Below the pieces are notes generated by a model. The model saw only the letters and a list, made by a program, of their open reading frames with translations. It searched no databases and was not told where the DNA came from. The position numbers and the translations under genes were made by a program. This document shows positions 37,872 to 46,717 of a DNA stretch of 64,000 bases, in pieces; positions within the stretch are counted from its first letter, which is position 1; every line of letters begins with the position of its first letter. The stretch lies in contig CAYXYP010000004.1 of NCBI GenBank assembly GCA_964469405.1, positions 7,717 to 71,716 of the forward strand, in the 5' to 3' direction. This stretch comes from an uncultured Candidatus Saccharibacteria bacterium (GTDB lineage Bacteria; Patescibacteriota; Minisyncoccia; Phycocordibacterales; Phycocordibacteraceae).

Positions 37872-38097
37872 CACACGACATTTTGGGAAAATTTTGGTAG
37901 GATGGGAAAACGAGCGCTTGCTGAGATAGTCAGGCTTACAGTAGTAAGCCTGAGACAGGCTTCTCACGCGGCGCTCGGAGAAAATACAAGCTCGCTTGTA
38001 TTTTACTCCTCGCTTGCGGGAGCAAGCTTAAGAGAGCATGCTCCCGGCGCGTTCGCTCACATAAGAAAATCTGATACTTTTCTTAGTTTCCTCACTT

Positions 38098-38171
38098 GCG
38101 GGAGTAGCTCAACTGGTTAGAGCGCCGCCCTGTCACGGCGGAGGTTGCGGGTTCAAGTCCCGTCTCTCGCG
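38098..38171 (+). tRNA. tRNA-Asp (anticodon GTC)
   Basis: The cloverleaf is acceptor GCGGGAG/CTCTCGC, anticodon stem-loop CCGCC-CTGTCAC-GGCGG, and T arm GCGGG-TTCAAGT-CCCGT. Confidence 0.85.
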
Positions 38172-38215
38172 CAGAATAGAAAAGCCGGCGAAAGCCGGCC
38201 TTTTCTTTATTCTGC
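38171..38215 (+). terminator. composite intrinsic terminator after tRNA-Asp
   Basis: An inner stem gccggc-gaaa-gccggc is followed by cttttctt. An outer stem pairs gcagaata with tattctgc. Confidence 0.65.
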
Positions 38216-38367
38216 TGACGAGAGACGGGACTTGAACAGCTCGGCTATGTTTTGCTAGCGAGCAAAACCGCCGAGCCAGGGCCGAGCGGAGTGAGGAGCG
38301 TCGGCGACGAATGAGCGCTTGGCCAAGCCCGTCTCTCGTTCAAAAATGCATAACTAAAATATAAAAA

Positions 38368-39327
38368 GTGTGTGGTAAGGTTCTATTGATTCTTACTATG
38401 ACAGTATCTACCGACCTTATTATAGGAATAATTTCTCTCTACGCGATTATTTTATTAGGCTATCTTGCGGGCAAACGGTGTAACGTCAGTAAAGAATCCA
38501 TAGCCGCTCTTCTGATTTATTTCATATCACCGATCGTTATTTTCAATGGTGTTGCTACTGCGCTTCCCAATGCCTCAGTTATTCTTTTGCCATTACTTTT
38601 CTTTGCTTTGGCAACAATCATAAGCGCCACATTCTATCTCATCGGAAAATTTTTCTGGCAGGGTGCTGAAAGAAACGTTCTGGCGTTTACATCTGGAGTT
38701 GGAAACGTTGGGTACTTCGGCCTGCCCCTCATCATTGTACTTTTTGGGGAACAGTATCTTCCGGAAGCGGTACTTTCGATTCTTGGCTTTATCCTCTATG
38801 AAAATTCCGTAGGGTATTATCTCGTCGCACGCGGCCATTTCAAACCAAGAGATGCGTTTATAAAAATGTGCAGATTGCCATCGATGTATGCATTTATACT
38901 CGGCCTATTGTTTCTCACTCTGCACCTCTCGATACACGAGAGTGTCTCAGCACTTTTCGCAAACTTTCGGGGAGCATATTCGATACTCGGTATGATGCTA
39001 GTCGGGCTTGGACTCGTCGGCGTCACCGCAAATTCTTTGGACATAAAATTTCTGTCAGCGACTTTTATTGCCAAATTTCTCGTCTGGCCTATCGCAATCT
39101 CCTCATTCATTTTATTGGATACTCATATCTTTCATATCTTTGCGTCGTCAGTATATCCAATCATGCTCGTTCTTTCTATCGTTCCGCTTGCGTCAAATAC
39201 CGTTGCCTTCGCGGCAGAGCTGAATGTGGTTCCCGGGAAGGCGGCAATTGCAGTTCTTGCGAGTACCATCTTTGCACTCCTCTACATCCCATTATTTATA
39301 GCGACGGTATTTCCTTTAATTTTGTAG
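38368..39327 (+). CDS. AEC-family (auxin-efflux-carrier-like) membrane transporter
   Basis: The 319-aa ORF has about 10 TM helices, an N-terminal LGYLAGKR motif and a two-repeat topology. Confidence 0.6.
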   Translation: MCGKVLLILTMTVSTDLIIGIISLYAIILLGYLAGKRCNVSKESIAALLIYFISPIVIFNGVATALPNASVILLPLLFFALATIISATFYLIGKFFWQGAERNVLAFTSGVGNVGYFGLPLIIVLFGEQYLPEAVLSILGFILYENSVGYYLVARGHFKPRDAFIKMCRLPSMYAFILGLLFLTLHLSIHESVSALFANFRGAYSILGMMLVGLGLVGVTANSLDIKFLSATFIAKFLVWPIAISSFILLDTHIFHIFASSVYPIMLVLSIVPLASNTVAFAAELNVVPGKAAIAVLASTIFALLYIPLFIATVFPLIL

Positions 39328-39366
39328 TTTTTCACACGATGTCTATGTTGTATGAATGAAACAGGT

Positions 39367-40086
39367 TTAGTGTGAGTGTAAACCGTAGCCTAATTGTGAC
39401 GCATGCGCAGAATGGTTCCGATGGATAAGTTCGTCGTTACGAATGAGCTCAAACAGCTCGTATTCATTTCGAACATTTCTTCCATAGAATGCAAGGAAGT
39501 CGGAGGTGACGGGAGTCTGTTTCAGGTGCTCGCCTTCGTTCTCAAGAAATTGTGAGTATTGCTCATACGCATGCGACTCAAAGAGGTAATTGAGGTCGAG
39601 TGCCGCTCGTCGGGAAACGAGGAAGAGGATATATACCGTCCAGAAATAGAAGAATGAGAAGAGAAACGGGATGAACGTATGACGAATGAAGCTTTGGCAG
39701 CGGAGGCGTTGCACAATCTGCGAAAGGACGACGACGTGCATCGTTTCATTGTCCTGAGCCATTCGACTGAACGCATTTAGCTTTGTAAGCTCGATGGCCC
39801 GGTGCTCATTCGAATAGAGCGCAGTTAGGATGGTGTACGCCGCGATTTCCCATGATTGGTAGGGGATTCGGGCGATAACCTCTATCGCTTTGAACTTAGC
39901 ATAGGACGGTGTGCGACCATAGATAAAAGTGCCTGAATGTACAAGAAGCGATCCGAGTAGTCGTGATATGAGCAACGGACGGTAGTGGTCAAAGGGCGCC
40001 GCATATTCAGCCCGGAGAGCAGAATCATTAAGCGACCGAGCAAGTTCTTCACTGATTGTAAATTCGTCGTTCATTTTTCCGAGCAT
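39367..40086 (-). CDS. di-iron carboxylate protein of alternative-oxidase (AOX/PTOX) type
   Basis: IEVIARIPY, NEHRAIE, LFESHAYEQY and IRNDELIHRNHS parallel the four AOX iron-binding helices (LETVA, NERMHL, LEEEAIHSY, RADEAHHRDVNH). There is a central hydrophobic membrane-dipping segment. Confidence 0.5.
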   Translation of the reverse strand: MLGKMNDEFTISEELARSLNDSALRAEYAAPFDHYRPLLISRLLGSLLVHSGTFIYGRTPSYAKFKAIEVIARIPYQSWEIAAYTILTALYSNEHRAIELTKLNAFSRMAQDNETMHVVVLSQIVQRLRCQSFIRHTFIPFLFSFFYFWTVYILFLVSRRAALDLNYLFESHAYEQYSQFLENEGEHLKQTPVTSDFLAFYGRNVRNEYELFELIRNDELIHRNHSAHASQLGYGLHSH

Positions 40087-40439
40087 TATGTGCGGCCGTA
40101 TCGATCTTCGAGACGTTGGATATCGTTTTCGTTGAATTCACCAAACGCAATTTCAAGAAAGGTGAGACCTTCGGGGCCTCCCAGAGCTCGATGTTTCGTA
40201 TGGCGTGGGCTGAAGAAAGTATCGCCTTCCTTCGCGTTATGGTCTGTATCATCGATATGTATCACGCCAGAACCTTTGAGTACGCGCCAGAATTCGTCGC
40301 GGTGTTCATGGGTCTGCAGACTGAAGGCCTCGCCGGCATCAACGGTGATTATTTTTACCGTCGTCTGCTCGTTCAGAGTGAAGCGTTCAAAGTCTCCCCA
40401 CGGGCGTTTCTCCTTTTCGTAGTGCGACAGACCTTCCAT
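40086..40439 (-). CDS. stand-alone cupin (type II phosphomannose-isomerase-like), paralog of the C-terminal domain of the 2413-3213 protein
   Basis: RPWGDFERF...SLQTHEHRDEFWRVLKGSG...LEIAFGEFNENDIQRLEDRYGR is present. Its stop overlaps the start of the AOX-like gene. Confidence 0.65.
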   Translation of the reverse strand: MEGLSHYEKEKRPWGDFERFTLNEQTTVKIITVDAGEAFSLQTHEHRDEFWRVLKGSGVIHIDDTDHNAKEGDTFFSPRHTKHRALGGPEGLTFLEIAFGEFNENDIQRLEDRYGRT

Positions 40440-40566
40440 AGGATATCCTCAGTATACTGTATTTTTATGGGTTATCATAAGCGCTATGCATGGGGGTTTT
40501 CATCATCTACGTAAACGCATTCGCGTTGCTCAAGGCATTGAGCCATTTCCTGCGCGTTCGATTGGG

Positions 40567-40818
40567 ATGCGCGCGTTCGATTACCTCATGTATGTCGTAG
40601 GAATTCTTGCGCCATTTGCACTCTTGCCGCAGACATTTCAAATTTACAATACGAAGAGTTCCGAAGGAGTATCCCTCCTTACTTGGATTTTGTTGACGAT
40701 TGCGAGCATCCTCTGGACCATTTATGCGGCTGTACATAAAGACAAACATCTTCTTTTTGCCAGCGGACTTATGATTATTTCTCATCTGGCGATCGTTATA
40801 GGCTTGCTAATCTATTGA
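40567..40818 (+). CDS. SemiSWEET/PQ-loop 3-TM sugar transporter
   Basis: The 84-aa protein has a PQ motif in FALLPQTFQIYNTKSSEGVSLLTWIL and three TM helices. The ORF track begins at 40486; I prefer the ATG at 40567. Confidence 0.5.
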   Translation: MRAFDYLMYVVGILAPFALLPQTFQIYNTKSSEGVSLLTWILLTIASILWTIYAAVHKDKHLLFASGLMIISHLAIVIGLLIY

Positions 40819-40893
40819 AAGGGAGGCGAAGATAGCGTAGTCTCGTAGAACAAGGAAATATATGTGCGTAGGAATTTCTTTGTATCCTCAGTC

Positions 40894-40966
40894 GCCGAGA
40901 TAGCTCAGTTGGTAGAGCACGTCCATGGTAAGGACGAGGTCGTCGGTTCAATCCCGACTCTCGGCT
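40894..40966 (+). tRNA. tRNA-Thr (anticodon GGT)
   Basis: The cloverleaf is acceptor GCCGAGA/TCTCGGC, D arm GCTC-AGTTGGTA-GAGC, anticodon CGTCC-ATGGTAA-GGACG, and T arm GTCGG-TTCAATC-CCGAC. Confidence 0.85.
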
Positions 40967-41101
40967 CAAAATTGGGAAAAGTAAAGACATGATGTATTCT
41001 AGTCTGAGTTGCTAGTGTCACCAAAGTTCAGCTGGTGGGTTGTCGACGATTGGTATCGTGACAAAAAATTCTTGTTCTGTAAACGTAATCGAATACCGTA
41101 A

Positions 41102-41174
41102 GCCGCCTTAGCTCAGTTGGTAGAGCGACTGCATCGTAAGCAGTAGGTCCCCAGTTCAAGCCTGGGAGGCGGCT
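41102..41174 (+). tRNA. tRNA-Thr (anticodon CGT)
   Basis: The cloverleaf is acceptor GCCGCCT/AGGCGGC, anticodon ACTGC-ATCGTAA-GCAGT, and T arm CCCAG-TTCAAGC-CTGGG. Confidence 0.85.
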
Positions 41175-41233
41175 CATTCAGTAGAATCTATGTCCAAAGA
41201 CACGAATTTGTAAATTCGCCTACTGGGTCAAAA

Positions 41234-41923
41234 ATGGAAATCCAAACAACGACCCCAGACGACAATGCTTCACAGAAGGAGGCACGTCGCGATGCGTTTA
41301 AAAATTTAGCCTTCATCTTACTTACCGTCGGTGCCGCATACGTGCTGACTGTCTCAATCGGAATTGATGGTCTTGAGCGGCTTGTGGAACGAGTAGGTAT
41401 ATGGGGTCCGCTTGCGATTATTGCGCTTAAGATGACAACGATTATCATTGTGCCGCTCTCCGGTGGCCCCGTCTATGCAGTCGCGGGAGCTGCGTTCGGT
41501 TTTTGGCAGGGACTGGGGATCACATTTATTGGTGACGTGCTCGGGTTTTCCGTTGCGTTTTATTTGAGTCGTTTTTTTGGTCGGAAAATAATTGACGTGT
41601 TTGTCCCGCGCACCCAGTTTCCTTTTATAGAAAAGTTTCTCACGCAAGGGTCGGTGCTCAAATCGTTCCTCAAGGCGCGTCTCGCGTTCACCGGATTTCC
41701 CGAAGTTTTTGCCTACGCCGCGGGCCTTACAGAGGTCTCATTCCTCGTTTTTATAGTCGCACAAATGGCGCTCCACACGCCGGTAGTTGCGCTTGTGGTT
41801 TTGTTCGGGAATGCGCTGCTCACGGGCAACCCACTTTTCTTTATTTGTGCGACGGTTGTTGGCGTTCTCTTGGCTATAATTGGCGGATGGTGGTTTAAGC
41901 GCGATCTCATCCATGAGGCCTAG
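41234..41923 (+). CDS. DedA/TVP38 (SNARE-associated) family membrane protein
   Basis: LAIIALKMTTIIIVPLSGGPVYAVAGAAFGFWQGLGITFIGDVLGFSVAFYLSRFFGRK is the family core. Confidence 0.75.
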   Translation: MEIQTTTPDDNASQKEARRDAFKNLAFILLTVGAAYVLTVSIGIDGLERLVERVGIWGPLAIIALKMTTIIIVPLSGGPVYAVAGAAFGFWQGLGITFIGDVLGFSVAFYLSRFFGRKIIDVFVPRTQFPFIEKFLTQGSVLKSFLKARLAFTGFPEVFAYAAGLTEVSFLVFIVAQMALHTPVVALVVLFGNALLTGNPLFFICATVVGVLLAIIGGWWFKRDLIHEA

Positions 41924-41941
41924 GGTTCAGAGATATAAAAT

Positions 41942-41971
41942 AGGGGCTCCTTGAGGTGTCTCAAGGAGCCC
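41942..41971 (+). terminator. bidirectional intrinsic terminator between the convergent DedA and NUDIX genes
   Basis: The stem is gggctccttgag / ctcaaggagccc with a gtgt loop. T-rich tracts follow on both strands. Confidence 0.7.
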
Positions 41972-41978
41972 GCTTTGT

Positions 41979-42422
41979 TCATGCTGGTCTCGCAAATACT
42001 TCTGCAATGAGGATTTTGTGCCGACCAAGAAGATCGGGTATCTCCAGGACTTTGGCAGTTGGGAATGCTTCGATCAACAAAGTTTGGTCGTCCTCTCGGC
42101 CGAATTTGTGTCGCGTGTTGAACTTTTTTTGCGTTACCTTTGCGATGCAGAGATGGGGAATATATAAAGCGCCATTATGTCGGTGCCACGAATGAAACGA
42201 CATTTCTTCCTGAAGGAGGCGGATACCAGTCTCTTCTCTGCATTCCCGTATTGCTGCGGCGGCAACACTCTCACCTTCTGGGTTAATATGACCTCCCGGC
42301 AGTTTCCAAAAAGGTTTCTTAAACCCCTCATTCTTAACCAGAATGATTTCCCCATTCGGTGAGAGTATGCACGTCATAACCGATCCTTTATCCGGACCTA
42401 TCTTTTGTGGGTCCATAGACAT
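41979..42422 (-). CDS. NUDIX hydrolase
   Basis: The Nudix box is [25 protein letters not shown]. The start is ambiguous; the ORF track extends to 42473 into the prfB promoter. Confidence 0.7.
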   Translation of the reverse strand: MSMDPQKIGPDKGSVMTCILSPNGEIILVKNEGFKKPFWKLPGGHINPEGESVAAAAIRECREETGIRLLQEEMSFHSWHRHNGALYIPHLCIAKVTQKKFNTRHKFGREDDQTLLIEAFPTAKVLEIPDLLGRHKILIAEVFARPA

Positions 42423-42507
42423 CTCCTGTCTGATTGTGGGGTACGTGAACGTTCTTCTATACCTACAATACAAATTATTTGATATATGTCAAGTACCGGA
42501 TAAAATC

Positions 42508-42516
42508 TGGTACAAT
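42508..42516 (+). promoter_or_regulatory. extended -10 element (TGgTACAAT) placed so that transcription would start at or next to the prfB ATG (possible leaderless mRNA)
   Basis: tggtacaat ends 6 nt before the ATG at 42523-42525. No Shine-Dalgarno sequence lies between them. Confidence 0.35.
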
Positions 42517-42522
42517 TCTTCG

Positions 42523-43398
42523 ATGTCTGAGAGAGAGCAGCGGCTGGCAGAGCTTGAGGCGATGATGGCATCACCTGACTTCTGGCTGGACAAGGAGCAG
42601 GCACAGATTTTCATACAGGAGTATCAAGCGCTTAAAGAGGGTGGCGAGGACGATCCGCATGATCGAGGCGATGCGACGCTCGCTATTCTTGCAGGAGCCG
42701 GGGGTGATGATGCCGAGGATTTCGCACGAATGCTCCGTCGGATGTATGAAGGATATGCGACGAAGCAGGGTTGGCGCGTGCGCGAGCTCCACGCGAACGA
42801 GAATGATCAGGGCGGCTATCGTAATGTCATGCTCGAATTCAGTGGTACAGGCGTATACGGGCGTTTGAGACATGAAGCGGGGGTGCATCGTTTGGTGCGC
42901 CAGTCGCCTTTTAATGCGAACGCCAAACGGCAGACGAGTTTTGCCCTCATCGAAGTGCTTCCGGTCCTGATTGCGACCGACAAGGTCGAACTAAGGCCGG
43001 ATGATATTGAGATACAGTTTGCCCGCGCAGGCGGCGCAGGCGGGCAGAATGTTAATAAGCGCGAGACGGCGGTGCGCATCCTCCATAAGCCAACTAATCT
43101 CTCTGTGCATATCTCAAGCGAGCGCAGCCAGCTCGCTAATCGCGAGAAGGCGCTTGAGCTCCTGAAAGCGAAGATTTTTGCCAAAGAAGAGGCCGAGCGT
43201 CAGGCAGTAGCAAAAGGTCGTTCTATTGCAGCAACGACCGCGAATGAATGGGGGAGTCAAATGCGCTCCTACGTGCTCCACCCATATAAGATGGTCAAAG
43301 ATCATCGTACGAATTATGAATCTTCCAACCCGGAGAAAATCCTTGATGGAGACCTTGATGGGTTTATAGACGCATCTGCCAAGGGTGGGGTACAATAG
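42523..43398 (+). CDS. prfB: peptide chain release factor 2, contiguous (no programmed frameshift), short N-terminal domain
   Basis: The SPF codon-recognition motif ([15 protein letters not shown]) and GGQ ([11 protein letters not shown]) are present. The ORF-track N-terminal extension from 42343 has no RF2 similarity, so the start is taken at [12 protein letters not shown]. Confidence 0.8.
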   Translation: MSEREQRLAELEAMMASPDFWLDKEQAQIFIQEYQALKEGGEDDPHDRGDATLAILAGAGGDDAEDFARMLRRMYEGYATKQGWRVRELHANENDQGGYRNVMLEFSGTGVYGRLRHEAGVHRLVRQSPFNANAKRQTSFALIEVLPVLIATDKVELRPDDIEIQFARAGGAGGQNVNKRETAVRILHKPTNLSVHISSERSQLANREKALELLKAKIFAKEEAERQAVAKGRSIAATTANEWGSQMRSYVLHPYKMVKDHRTNYESSNPEKILDGDLDGFIDASAKGGVQ

Positions 43399-43407
43399 AA
43401 AACGACA

Positions 43408-44085
43408 ATGATTTATTTCGACAAGGTGACGAAGCGATATGGAGACGCGGTGGCACTCGAGGAAGTCACACTCTCGGTCGCGCCTAAAGAATTCATCTCC
43501 ATCGTCGGTCATTCGGGTGCGGGGAAAACAACACTCCTGAAACTCCTTCTCGCCGAAGAAAAACCGACTGACGGTACCGTTTTTTTTGAATCAATTGATG
43601 TAAACGACCTACCGAGCTCGGCGTTGCATTATTATCGGCGCAAGATAGGGATGGTTTTCCAGGATTTTCGTCTCATTCCTAACAAGACTGCTTATGAAAA
43701 CATCGCTTTTGCGATGGAAGCCGCAGGTCGCTCAGACACCGAGATCGCAAGTGATGTGCCCTACATTCTTGAATTGGTTAATCTTGCCGATAAAGCCTCA
43801 CATTTCCCTGATCAGCTCTCAGGAGGCGAGAAACAGCGTATTGCCATCGGTCGGGCCATTATCAATCAGCCAGATCTCATAGTTGCTGATGAGCCGACCG
43901 GCAATCTTGATCCGATCAATACATATGAAGTCGTTGAAATACTCAAGAAAATAAATGAGCTTGGTACGACCATTATCATCACGACGCACAACAAGGGTGT
44001 GGTTGACGCTATCGGGAAACGAGTCATTACCATCGATCGCGGGAAGTTAGTGCGAGACGATGCGGGCGGAAAATATTCCTTATGA
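43408..44085 (+). CDS. ftsE: cell-division ABC ATPase FtsE
   Basis: Walker A GHSGAGKTT, signature LSGGEKQRIAIGRA and Walker B LIVADEPTGNLD are present. It is 225 aa. Confidence 0.85.
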   Translation: MIYFDKVTKRYGDAVALEEVTLSVAPKEFISIVGHSGAGKTTLLKLLLAEEKPTDGTVFFESIDVNDLPSSALHYYRRKIGMVFQDFRLIPNKTAYENIAFAMEAAGRSDTEIASDVPYILELVNLADKASHFPDQLSGGEKQRIAIGRAIINQPDLIVADEPTGNLDPINTYEVVEILKKINELGTTIIITTHNKGVVDAIGKRVITIDRGKLVRDDAGGKYSL

Positions 44086-44122
44086 ATATAAAAAATTGTG
44101 CACCTGATATACTAGTCACATT

Positions 44123-45049
44123 ATGATCTGGATGGTTATAAAACGAGTCCTTGTGGGTGGTGGCAAGAACTTTGCCCGTGGCGGAGCAGTCTCGGCCGCG
44201 ACCGTGCTTATTATGACCGTGACACTTGCGATTATTGGCTCATTGATTTTCCTTTCAGCGCTCCTGACTTTTACTTTGGATACGATTAAAGACAAGGTCG
44301 ACGTCTCGGTGTTTTTTGTTACGACAGCCAGTGAGGCAGATATTCTCGCTGTGAAGGACCAGCTTGAGAAATTGCCGCAAGTATCGAGTATCGTTTATAC
44401 CTCAGCTGACGACGCTCTCACGGCCTTCCGTGCCCGACATGCGAATGATCAGCTGACTCTTCAGGCGCTTAACGAGCTTGGCGGTAATCCTCTTGACGCC
44501 TCGCTTGAAGTACAGGCGAAAGATCCTTCCGGATACGAAAGCATAGTGAATTTTCTCGAGGCATCACCGACACTATCTGCTGGTGGGACATCTCTGGTTG
44601 ACCGCATAAATTATGCGCAGAATAAAGAAATAATTGATCGTCTTTCGCTCGCGATACGAGCGACGCGTGAAATTGGTTTCGCCATCATTGTCCTTTTTGC
44701 AATCGCTTCGATTCTTATCGCATTTGCGACCGTCCGTCTCGCGATTTATAGCGCGAAGGAAGAAATTTCGGTCATGAGGCTCGTGGGCGCCAGCAACACC
44801 TATATCCAAGGACCATTTATAGTTACGGGAGTCATTACGGGTGTTATTGCGGCAACTATTGTTTTATTGCTCTTGTGGCCAGCAACATGGTACGCCGGAA
44901 TTAAAACTGTAGGATGGTTTGGCGGCTTCAATCTGGCGGATTATTACAGTACCCATTTTCCTGTCGTCTTCTCCATACTGATGCTCTCGGGTGTTTTGCT
45001 CGGAGCGGTCGCCTCGATGCTCGCTATCCGTAGATATTTGAAAGTCTAG
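44123..45049 (+). CDS. ftsX: cell-division permease-like protein FtsX
   Basis: It has 4 TM helices with a large first extracytoplasmic loop. It lies immediately after ftsE. Confidence 0.8.
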   Translation: MIWMVIKRVLVGGGKNFARGGAVSAATVLIMTVTLAIIGSLIFLSALLTFTLDTIKDKVDVSVFFVTTASEADILAVKDQLEKLPQVSSIVYTSADDALTAFRARHANDQLTLQALNELGGNPLDASLEVQAKDPSGYESIVNFLEASPTLSAGGTSLVDRINYAQNKEIIDRLSLAIRATREIGFAIIVLFAIASILIAFATVRLAIYSAKEEISVMRLVGASNTYIQGPFIVTGVITGVIAATIVLLLLWPATWYAGIKTVGWFGGFNLADYYSTHFPVVFSILMLSGVLLGAVASMLAIRRYLKV

Positions 45050-45056
45050 TTCCTGT

Positions 45057-46715
45057 ATGGCAAAAGAAGGTCATAAATACATATTTGTTCTTGGTGGAGT
45101 CATGAGTGGTGTAGGGAAGGGTGTCGTTACGAGTTCCATTGGATTATTGCTCCAACAGAAAGGCTATAAGATGAATCTGGTAAAAGTCGATCCGTATCTT
45201 AATGTTGATGCGGGCACGATGAATCCAACCGAGCATGGGGAGGTGTTTGTGCTTCGAAGCGGGCTTGAGACAGATCAAGATATGGGGAATTACGAACGTT
45301 TCCTTGGGCGCGATCTCACGAACGAAGATTACATGACGAGCGGCATGGTGTATCAATCGGTCATCGCTCGCGAGCGAGCACTCGAGTATGGCGGTAGATG
45401 TGTGGAAGCTATTCCTCATGTGCGCGATGAGATCTTGAGGCGTATCGAATCTGCGTCCGACTACAACGGCAGCCAGGTCTCAGTCATCGAGATCGGTGGA
45501 ACAATCGGCGATTTTCAGAATGCTCTCTTTATCGAAGCGGCACGTGTGCTAAAGATGAAGCACCCAGAGGACGTGCTTTTCGTTATGGTGTCATATTTGC
45601 CTACACCGGGGACTCTCGGCGAGATGAAGACGAAGCCAACTCAGATGGCGGTACGCGACCTCAATTCTTACGGGGTACAGCCAGATTTTATCGTCGCGCG
45701 CTCAAAAGAGCCCGTTGATGAGAAGCGGAAGGAGAAGCTGGCTATTTGGTGCAATGTGCGCAAGGACCGCATCATCAGCGCGCCAGATATCAGTAGTATC
45801 TACGAAGCTCCGCTCAACTTCGAGAAAGATAATCTCGGTGACGCTATGCTTGATGCGCTCAAATTGCCGGAGAAGAAAAAAGCATCCCTTGCCGCGTGGA
45901 AGAAGTTCGCACGCGCGGCCGCACATACAAAAGCACCAGAAGTAACTGTCGCGATCGTCGGGAAATATTTTGATACTGGCGATTTCATGCTCTCAGACGC
46001 GTATCTTTCAGTTATTGAAGCAATTAAGTTTTCTGCGGCCAAGCTCGGCCATCGTGCGAAAATAGCTTGGGTTAATTCAAAAGATATTGAGAAGGGCGGT
46101 GCAAAAGCAGCTGCCGTGCTCGGGGAATATGATGGCATCATCGTTCCTGGAGGCTTTGGCGAGACTGGTATCGAAGGTAAGATTAAAGCGATACAATTCG
46201 CACGCGAAAATAAGATTCCGTACTTCGGTCTCTGTTACGGCATGCAGCTCATGGTAATCGAGTACGCACGCAATGTGCTTGGGCTGAGGGATGCGCACAC
46301 GACCGAAATCAAGAAGACTGCCGAACATCCTGTCGTTGATGTGATGTTGGAACAGAAAAAGCATCTCGCTGATAACAAATATGGCGGGACCATGCGTCTC
46401 GGCGTGTACACGGCACATCTTAAGAAGGATACTATTGCTCGTGCTGCGTATAAGAAAGAATTAGTTGAGGAACGTCACCGTCACCGCTACGAAATAAATT
46501 CGTCGTACGTTAAGAAACTTGAAGATGTCGGTCTTGTCTTCTCCGGCACCTCTCCTGATGGCGTTCTGATGGAGATTGCTGAGCTCCCGCGCTCGGTGCA
46601 TCCTTTTATGCTGGGCACCCAGTTCCATCCCGAATTCCAGGCGCGTCCTTTGGATCCACACCCGCTTTTTACCGAGTTTCTTCGGGCCGCTATCGATCGA
46701 AAGAAAAGAAAATAA
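45057..46715 (+). CDS. pyrG: CTP synthase
   Basis: The N-terminal synthetase domain is VLGGVMSGVGKG. The C-terminal class I glutamine amidotransferase has GLCYGMQ and HRHRYE. Confidence 0.9.
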   Translation: MAKEGHKYIFVLGGVMSGVGKGVVTSSIGLLLQQKGYKMNLVKVDPYLNVDAGTMNPTEHGEVFVLRSGLETDQDMGNYERFLGRDLTNEDYMTSGMVYQSVIARERALEYGGRCVEAIPHVRDEILRRIESASDYNGSQVSVIEIGGTIGDFQNALFIEAARVLKMKHPEDVLFVMVSYLPTPGTLGEMKTKPTQMAVRDLNSYGVQPDFIVARSKEPVDEKRKEKLAIWCNVRKDRIISAPDISSIYEAPLNFEKDNLGDAMLDALKLPEKKKASLAAWKKFARAAAHTKAPEVTVAIVGKYFDTGDFMLSDAYLSVIEAIKFSAAKLGHRAKIAWVNSKDIEKGGAKAAAVLGEYDGIIVPGGFGETGIEGKIKAIQFARENKIPYFGLCYGMQLMVIEYARNVLGLRDAHTTEIKKTAEHPVVDVMLEQKKHLADNKYGGTMRLGVYTAHLKKDTIARAAYKKELVEERHRHRYEINSSYVKKLEDVGLVFSGTSPDGVLMEIAELPRSVHPFMLGTQFHPEFQARPLDPHPLFTEFLRAAIDRKKRK

Positions 46716-46717
46716 AT

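Noticed and set aside
37872-38097. A third tRNA hidden in the 226-bp spacer between tRNA-Met and tRNA-Asp, or the 90-aa ORF 37848-38120
   Set aside because: The spacer has three hairpins (caggctta/taagcctg, aaatacaag/cttgtattt, cgggagca/tgctcccg). It has no T-loop or acceptor pairing compatible with a cloverleaf. The ORF overlaps a tRNA and is probably spurious.
38217-38340. Minus-strand tRNA reading from the inverted tRNA-Asp fragment
   Set aside because: A 7-bp acceptor-like pairing exists (gagagac/gtctctc). However, the would-be T stem does not pair (agctg versus cccgt) and the D arm is aberrant. At most it is a decayed pseudo-tRNA or insertion scar.
42343-42522. N-terminal 60-aa extension of the RF2 ORF in the ORF track
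   Set aside because: It has no similarity to RF2 domain 1. It overlaps the convergent NUDIX gene and the promoter-like region. No CUU-UGA frameshift site is present.
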